Position numbers and translations under genes: made by a program. This document shows positions 15,399 to 24,300 of a DNA stretch of 43,540 bases, piece after piece. Position 1 is the first letter of the stretch. Every line of letters starts with the position of its first letter. The notes under the pieces are model-generated. The model saw only the letters and a program-made list of their open reading frames with translations. It searched no databases and was not told the origin of the DNA. The stretch lies in the IMG/VR virus record IMGVR_UViG_3300009433_000003; one strand, 5' to 3'. The stretch comes from a virus.

Positions 15399-18300
15399 AT
15401 GCTAAATTTTGACGAAGCATTCGAGGAAGAGTATCGCGCTTACACCCAAGGCCCTAGCAATACGCCAGAGCCTCAGCAAGACCTCAAGCCACTCAGAAAA
15501 GCAACGCAAGAAGACGCCAATAAAATCGCTGCCGACATGTTCGGTCAGAAAGGAAAGGACGACGCTGCCTTTAACCAGATGGCGGAGACCTCTCTCAGCA
15601 TGGACCCCGAGCAAGAGGCCAGCGCGTACAACATATCTAACGAGATAGGCGTGCCGGTAGAGACCGTTCGGGGAGACCTTGGTATCTACCAGCAGCTGGT
15701 CGCAAAACAAAAAGCGCTTACGGACTTCAGCGCCATAAAAGAAAACACCGGCCTGTCTAATTTGTACACCCAAGACGGGCAGCTCGCGGCCATGAGTGTT
15801 GATGACGCTTATGAACAAGATCAACTCTGGGGCTGGGTGACTAGCGTCACTGAGACAGTCTTCGACGCAACCGCTAACGAAATGCGACTCAAGAATGAAG
15901 TCGGTGACGTAATGGATGACACCGGCGGATTATTGCTTCGGAAATACATGTTCGACAACCTGAGTGAGGAAGACAACACAGAGCTCGCCACATTGCTCGA
16001 AGCCACGGACAGGGCAAACAAAATATTCGCAGACCGCTCAGACATCGATGAGTCAATCGCTCTCAATGGGGCCGAGATATGGGGGCAGTTTACGTCTTCG
16101 CTTCCTGTCATGCTGGGTGGCGCAGCGGTAGGCGCTGGCACAGGCTACGCCATGGGCGCGGCTTCAGGTCCCGGCGGCGCAATCACAGCCGGCACAGGCG
16201 CTTTGGTCGGCTCATCACTCGCGTCAGGCGCTCATGCAGCTGTCATGGAGGCTGGTCATGCCGTCCACGAGTTCGCTGGCATAAAGGACCTTGATGGCAA
16301 TTTCATGGACCAAGACGTCGCACTCGGCGCTGGCATGATGGTCGGGCTTATTAATGGCACGATTGAAGCGGCAGGCTTCGGCGTGCTGGCTAAGTTCTCC
16401 GGGGCCAAGAAGGTGCTCGGGTACTTCAGCAGGGGCGCTATAAGAAAAGAATTAATCCAGAACGCAACACTCCGCAAAGCACTGAAGAACGCCGGGAAGG
16501 CTTGGGCGTTAGGTATTGCCGAACAAACCGTCGAGGAAGTATTGCAAGAGAGCGTTAATATGCTGACGGGTGAAATGGCAAAAATGTACGCGAGCGGCGA
16601 CTTCAAGACCATGACTAAAGATGAAGCCTACGAACGACTTGGGGCCATCATGTACAAGACCGCTACCGGCTCAGTCATGCTGTCAGGCGGCACAGCGACG
16701 CCCCAGTTCTTGGTCGACGTGCACGCTGCCAATAAAGCAGAATCAACAAAGAGCTATTTCCAAGGGCTGGCCGAGAAGGTCACCACAACCAAACTACACG
16801 AACGAGCGCCGAAGAAACTGGAGACACTGGTCAACGCGGCAGCTGACAAAGGTCCCAAGGATACCGTCTATGTTGACGCCTTGAAATTGGTCGAGACACT
16901 GGCCAACAAGGACGAGAGTGGGCAGACGCTGAACCAAGACAAAGCCATTGCCGCCATTGAGGAAGAGTTCCCTAGCCTTAAAGGAAAGGTCGGGCCAGCG
17001 CTTGCCTCGAACACGCCGCTACGCATTCCAATGGGTGAGTACGCTGCCAACATTGCGCCAACCGAATTGCACAAAGCGCTGATCGACGACATCAAGTTCG
17101 ACGAGACCGGGATGACGTTCTCTGAAGCAACCGACTGGCGAGCGAATGGGGAAAAAGAATTTACGAAGGAAATGGAGAAGGCCAACAAGAAGGCAGTGGG
17201 CAAGCGAGAAAAGGCGGCCCCAGCCGAGAAAGTCTTCGACGAGGTTGTTGCTAAGTTAATTGATAGCGGCCAGACCAAGGAAGTCGCGGGAACAAATGCC
17301 GCCACTTGGAAAGCATTCTTCAACACGATGGCACACCTGACAGGCGGCGACGCTTATGAGTTATACAGTGCTTTCGATATCGATGTCGATAACGCGGCGG
17401 GGGGAGGTGATTTTCAGTCTTTGCTTTCTTCAGCGCTAGAACGACGGCCAGCAGATGAGACTATCGTGGAAGGGTCTGGGAACTCCAGCCCAACTGCCTC
17501 GAAGTCTGAAGGTTCAGCCCAAGACGCCTTGCCGGGCATGAAGTCCACAATACCAGCGCCGCCTTCAACCCATTCGCCGACAGATTCATCGAACGTCTCT
17601 ATCTTTTCGCCACCGTCTTCGGTTGCGACGAGTCTGCCGAGCACTCTTCCCTCTAGCAATGAAGGTGGTTCGGTCAGTTTAATCTCAGGGGAATTTTTCA
17701 TAAACCCGAGTATACAAAAAAGTAGCGAAAATAACAAGGCTGTATGGCAACTTACTGACGAACTTATCACGAACATGGGGTTAGCTGAGCAGGGCATGAA
17801 GGGCTTCGAGAATGACCTCAAGGCGTTCGCTTCTCTGATAGACGGCGTTGAGCTTTATGGTGTCCGGGTTAAGGACGAGGCGGGGCTCCTTACTAAGAAG
17901 CTATCGCGGGGCAGCACATGGGAAACCATTAACGATTATTTAGGCGGTCGCTTGGTCATATCAAACGAGGCCGCTATGGCGGAAGCCATGCGTCGCCTTG
18001 AAGAGTCGGGCGTCGAGATACTCGAGAAAGACAACTTCCTTCATAAAAGCAAAAAAGGATATCGAGCGGTCCATTACACAATCAGGTTGCCGAATGGCTT
18101 GGCGGCTGAGCTTCAGCTCGTCCCGACAGAGATATCCAATATTCAGGACGAAATGCACAAAATCCATGACAAATGGAAAGCGGTCAGCGAGACACTGTTG
18201 ACCGATGAACAAAAAGCAGACCGCGAAACCGACCGGGACTTCATGCAGGGTGAGTTCGACCGGGAATACCAGAACTATCAACAAAAGCAGGTCGTCCTTT

Positions 18301-21300
18301 CGCAGTCAAACAACAAGGCAATCTCGGACGCGGACCTTGCGACAGGGGAGGGCTTCTTTATCACAGAGGGCCTCGATGTCGTCAGCGTCGCAGTCAACAG
18401 CTTGCGAACCGTGAAGGACGCGCCTGAGCGAGTGGACCGTGCAGAGAAAGGAATGCTGGGCGCTCTTAATGGCGGTCAAGGCAGGAAACCGATATCAGTC
18501 ATGCAAGAAGACGACGGCACCTATACCGTGCTGTCAGGACGCTCGACGGCCTCGGCACTGAAGCGACTAGGCGTTAAGAACATCCCGGTCCGAATACAAA
18601 CTATGGAAGAGGTTGAGCTGGAAGAGGCCGCCGGCAAGATAGGCAAAATGCAAATGATAGAGGCTGGCATGTCAGGCGAAGCGTTCGACGCGAGCCACAT
18701 CGATGAGTATATCGTGGGCAAATGGGTGGCCACCGGGAAGGCGCACAAGAACCCAGATGGCTCATATATCTTGACAGAAACAGGCCTTAAAATGGTGGAA
18801 AAGGAGCTCAATGAGCCGACTATTTCCAGTATTGACAAACTAAAAGCTGGCGCCGAGCTGTTCGAGCCCGGGATTAATCTCGAGTTTGCGCCCGACCCAC
18901 GCAACGAAACACTGACGGCGAAGTTCAAAGCGCTGTCACCCGAGGAAAGACTCGAGGCCACGAAAGCCATAGCTGACGCGGTTATCCCTGAGATTATGAA
19001 AGAAATGGGGATTGATAATTACAACATTGAAACGACCGAGGGCGGCTTCGAGGACGACGTCAATCCTAGCCTGATACTTCGAGCTCCCGAGTTAGCGTTT
19101 GACGAATTGATAGAACTTGCTAATGTAGCGGGCTTCGTCGGGTCTCAACAAGCAACAATTGTTTATGATGAGTCTGACCATTCTGGAACACAGACCGGCT
19201 TTATTAAGATAAAACCACTGGTCGAAATGGATGAGAATGAACGTGCTGAATTGTACCAGCACCTCCATGAAGTTATTCCACAGGTCGAAGGCTACACCTA
19301 CCGAGACGGGGCCATTGTTATTGGCAACTTTTCCGGGTGGAGCGACAACCCGATTGACGACGACACGATGTACCTTGTCATTGCTGAGGCATTGGAAGCA
19401 TACGACACAGAACATCATTTTGACTTGCAAGAGCCGGTGACTTTCCGCTCTGAGTATTTAGAAACTAATCTTGAGGATACACGATATGGCTACGGTGAAC
19501 AGAGTGAAAGCGGACGGGAAACCAGTGTTCGGGGGCAAGGGCGTCGTAATGCTAAAGGGATTAAAGCCATCAAGCGAGAAGCCAGTCAACTCCTCGAAAG
19601 CAGGCTTAACGGTGGAAAAACCAACCAAGAAGTAAATAACGAGAAATGGCAGAAGGGTACCACTGCCCTTCTCAAGAGCAGAGACACCAAGCTACAAGTA
19701 ACAACAGCAGCGCCCGACGTCTTCAGCGTCATCGACAGCGGCGTCAAATCACTTGCCCTGACCAACGGGGTCCTGAAAGAAATACAACGAAAACACCCAG
19801 ACGTCCCGGCCGAGGTCATTGCTAACTTGCGCGAGCTTGTCACCGACCCTGAGTTCGTCTATCGCAGAACCATCCCGGGCAAAGAGGACGAGGTCAATAT
19901 CGTTATCAAGGGCCGCACAGCAAAAGGCGAGACCATTGTCGTCGGCGTGCATCCAGCGACAGGTATGATCAAAACAGTAACGCCACGCCATGACCAAAAA
20001 GGTCCGGGCTCTGGCCGCGCTCATCTAGCGAAGGAAATTGGCAATGCCCTGAAGGGCGAAAAGAAAATGTACATTGAAAATAAGGCGGCCTTGAGCGAAC
20101 TCGAGGCCGCCCAGTCTCGTCCAATCGCAAGTGTCGCGGGGGGACCAAAAAGACTGAGCGCTAAAGTAGTGACAAAATCAAAACTTGTCAATAACTTAGG
20201 CAGGGAGCTCGAGCAGTCTGGCTTCAATAATTGGTTCGGGGACTCAAAAATCGTTGATGATAACGGTGAGCCGCTGGTGGCTTATCATAGCACCAAGCGC
20301 GATATCACTGAGTTCAAGCCTGCTTATGATGACGGCATGATGTTCTTTACGACGAACGCCAAGTTCGCCGGGGACTGGATTAGGGGAAGCGGGGGGCTCA
20401 GAGATATGTCTGATGTCGGCAAGGCTGAAGCGCTGGCAATGCGGTCGCTCGAACAAGAGCTATACCCTGTCCACATGAAGGACGCTGAAGAGTACGACTG
20501 GAAGACCCCAGAAGGCGTGGCAGAGTTCGACAAGGACCGAGACAACTTCAAGAAAGCTGTCCGGGAAAAGACTGGTTTTGATAGCGCCTCAGAGTTTGAA
20601 GCTGTTGGCGAATCGCAAATCATGCCTGTCTACCTAAAGGTCGAGAAGCTGTTTGACCCAAGAAAAGACTTCAAGGTCGTCGAAGAGTTATTGCTTTCGT
20701 TCCCTGAAGAGAACGGCATGGGTAAGCTCGTCGAGCAGGGCGCTCACAAGCAAGGAAGCTGGATAATATACGAACGGCCAGAGGTTACGGAGCTACTCCA
20801 AGGCCTTGGGTATGACGGCATCCTTCTAGCAGAGAACATTGGAGGACCACACGAAACAATCGCGGTCTGGGATAATACGCTAATCAAGTCAGCCAGCGGC
20901 AACAACGGCAACTTTGACGGCAGCGGCAATATATTAAACCAGACGCTCAACGACGACATGGGCGGCGACACCCGGGGGAATATTACGCTCCCTGATGACA
21001 TCCGGGACGGCACCACAATTATCCGAATGTTTGAGGGACAAGACCTGTCCACCTTCCAGCACGAGTCGGCTCATTTCTTTTTAGAAGTTATGCGCTCACT
21101 GGCAATGGACCCGATGGCCACGCCTGAAATGATTAAGCAATGGACCGCTGTCAGCATGATGCTTGACATGGACCCCGAGGGCACGACCACGGTCGAACAG
21201 CATGAGACATTCGCCAGAACCTTCGAGGCTTATTTGTTCGAGGGCAAGGCGCCCAACATGGAGCTGAGGAAAGTATTCAACAGCTTTTTATTCTGGCTGA

Positions 21301-24300
21301 AACGTGTCTATGAGGACGTTAAGAATTTGAACGTCGTCATCAATGATGATGTCCGCGCAGTCATGGACCGGGTCCTTGCGACCGAGAAAGAGATTGAAGC
21401 GGCCAAGGACAATATGCACTATCGCGCATTGTTTGACGCGGCAGCGGCAGCCGGCATGGATGAGGACCAATATAACAGTTACACCGAGGCGCTCGAGGAA
21501 GCCAATGAGGGCGCAATCCGCCGTATGGAAATGGAAATTCTCCGGGATGTTTCACGGGAAACCAAGCTCTGGTGGCGAGAAGAAAAGAAGAAAGTCGCTG
21601 TCGAAGCTGAAGACGAAATCAATCAACAGAAAGTGCACCAAGTTATTCACTACCTTATGCACGCCAAGAACCTCGTCACAGGCGAGAAAGTCGGCAAAGT
21701 TAAGATGAGCCGCGAGCTTGCTGAGGAAGTGCTCGAGGGCACCGGCTACACCACCAAGGACCTACCGGGCGGCGGCGCGACTGCGCTAGTTCGTAAGGGT
21801 GAAGGCGTCAGGCCTGAGCTGGTGGCCGAGCTCTATGGCTACAGTTCAGCGCAAGAAATGTTGCTCGCTATTATCAAGGCACCGAAACGAAAGGAAGAGA
21901 TCAAAGCGAGAACAAAGCAAATGATGATTGAGCGCCATGGAGACCTATTGAACGACGGCTTCATTGAAGAGAAAGCCATGGAAATTATTCACAGTGATGG
22001 TCAGGCCAAGGTGCTCGAGCTCGAGCTGATGGCATTGTCACGCCGGTCGAAGACGAAGTTCACACCAGCGGCCATTGCTAAAAACATCGCCAGAGAGATT
22101 CTAAGCGGCATGACGGGCCGTGATATCAAGCCCAACACTTATGCCATTGCAGAGCGTAAAGCAGCAAGGGCGGCAGAAAAGGCCTTGATTAAGTCCAACT
22201 ATGACGAGGCAGCTAGACAGAAGCGAATACAGCTAATCAATCACGAGCTTTATCGTGCGGCACTGGAAGCAAAAGAGGACGTCGACAAGGCGCGGAAATA
22301 CTTCAAGAGCTTCGAGAAGGGCAGCAAACGCAAACGTCTGGACCGGGATTATTTGACGCAAATCGACAGGATGCTGGAACGGTTCGAGCTGGGCAAGATA
22401 TCAGGCAAACAAAAGAAACGACGCGAGTCACTGGCGGAATGGATTAAGAGCGAAGAGGAGAAAGGCAATATTGTCGACCTTGATGAGCGCCTGCTTGATG
22501 AGACCTATCGCAACAACATTGAAGACATGCAGCTCGGTGAGATTATGGCATTGAAGGACGCCGTCACTAACATCGAAAAACTCGCCGTGCTCAAGAACAA
22601 ATTGCAGTCACTGAACGACCAGCGTGAGCTCGACGAGATTGTTGAGGATGTCGCCGGGGAGCTGGAGGCAGGGGCTAAGGGCACCGTCAAAGACAACCCA
22701 GAAATGCGACTCCCTCAAGACGAAGCGGGTCGCGCAATTACAGGCTTTTTAATTGGTCACAGAAAACTGTCGAGCATTGTCTTGCAGATGGTCGGCGGCA
22801 AACGGAACTCGACACTCTGGAAGTTATTAGTCAAGACCGCGAACAAGCGGGAAGAGCACGAGAACAACCAGAAGGAAGCGGCAACCATCACTTTAACCAA
22901 GCTGTTCCAAGGCCTGAGCGTCAGTAAAAAGTTATACATGAAGATATGGCGCCCAGAGATTGGTGAGTCACTGACTAAACAAGGCTTGCTGATGATTGCG
23001 CTGAACCAAGGCAATCAAGGCAACAAGACGAAACTGGTAGAAGGGCAGACCGTGAAAGGCTGGTCTCAAGATAAAATCCAGAAGCTACTCGACAACCACA
23101 TGACCAAGGAAGACTGGGAAATGGTTCAAGGGACGCTCGACTTCATTAATAGCTACTGGGAAGAGTCAGCCGCGAAACAGTACCGCCTCACCGGGATACG
23201 CCCGGAGAAGGTTGAGGCCATGCCTATCGTAACGCCATACGGCACCTTTGCTGGCGGATACTTCCCGCTGAAGTATGAGGACCGGGTGAGCGAGAGGGCG
23301 CTGGTCCACACGCAACAAGACATCGCCAAGCAGATGACGCAAGGCATGGTCGGGAAAGCAACCACGAAGCGCGGCCACTTGAAGGGGCGAGTCGATAATG
23401 TCCAGATGCAAATGCGCCTAGACTTTGGCGTCATCTTCGAGCACGTCGGTGAGGTCATACACGATCAGACCTATCACGAATGGCTCGTCGATATTAATAA
23501 ATTAATCAGTCATTCTGGCTTCCGTACCGCTGTCGTCAAGAACCACGGCGTCCAAGCCTACGGCACTATCAAGAACACAATCTCTGATATTGCAGCCGGG
23601 GACGTGCCAGCAGCGAACCATTTTGAGCAAGGCCTTAACTGGATACGAGCAGGCACCTCAATCGGGTACATGGGCTGGAGCGTCTGGACCTCTATGTTGC
23701 AGCCTATGGGCTTGACTCAGTCCATTGTCAGGATTGGACCCAAGTGGGTGGCGAAGGGGATAAGTCGCTGGCTCACCGGCCATGAAGGCATGGAGAGCAC
23801 AACCGAATGGATATTCTCTCAGTCGGACTTTATGCGTCAACGTACCAAGACCATGAACCGGGAAATTAATGAGATTAGAAACAAGCTCCAGAAGAGCGGC
23901 GTAATGACGGACATTGAGGATAGTTATTTCTGGCTTATCGGGAAGACCCAGCTCATCGCTGACATCCCCACATGGCTCGGCGAATACGAGAAGCAAAAAG
24001 AATTACATAACATGTCGGACGAAGACGCGGCGGCTCTAGCAGATCAAGCCGTCATCGACTCGCAAGGGTCAGGCGGACTGAAGGACATGGCGCAACTCCA
24101 GAGGGGTGGACCGCTCCAGAAATTATGGACCGCGTTCTATAGTTATTTCAATGTAACGTATAACCTGACAGCAGAGTCCTACGCGAGAACAGACTTCAAG
24201 AGCGTGCCTTCAGTCGGGCGCCTTGCTGTCGACTTCATGCTGTTGCATACGCTGCCCTCAGCCATGGCCACCATCATGTATCAGATAGTAAAAGGCGACT

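Noticed and set aside
15399-16000. Lytic transglycosylase domain expected at the N-terminus of a gp16-type protein
   Set aside because: I could not recognise the catalytic E-S / GLMQ-type motifs by eye. I left it unassigned rather than inferring it from position.
21343-21708. 121-aa alternative-frame ORF and other same-strand internal ORFs inside the giant gene
   Set aside because: The products are R/K/S/T-rich and low-complexity, there are no SD sequences, and the ORFs are embedded in a continuous, domain-rich main frame.
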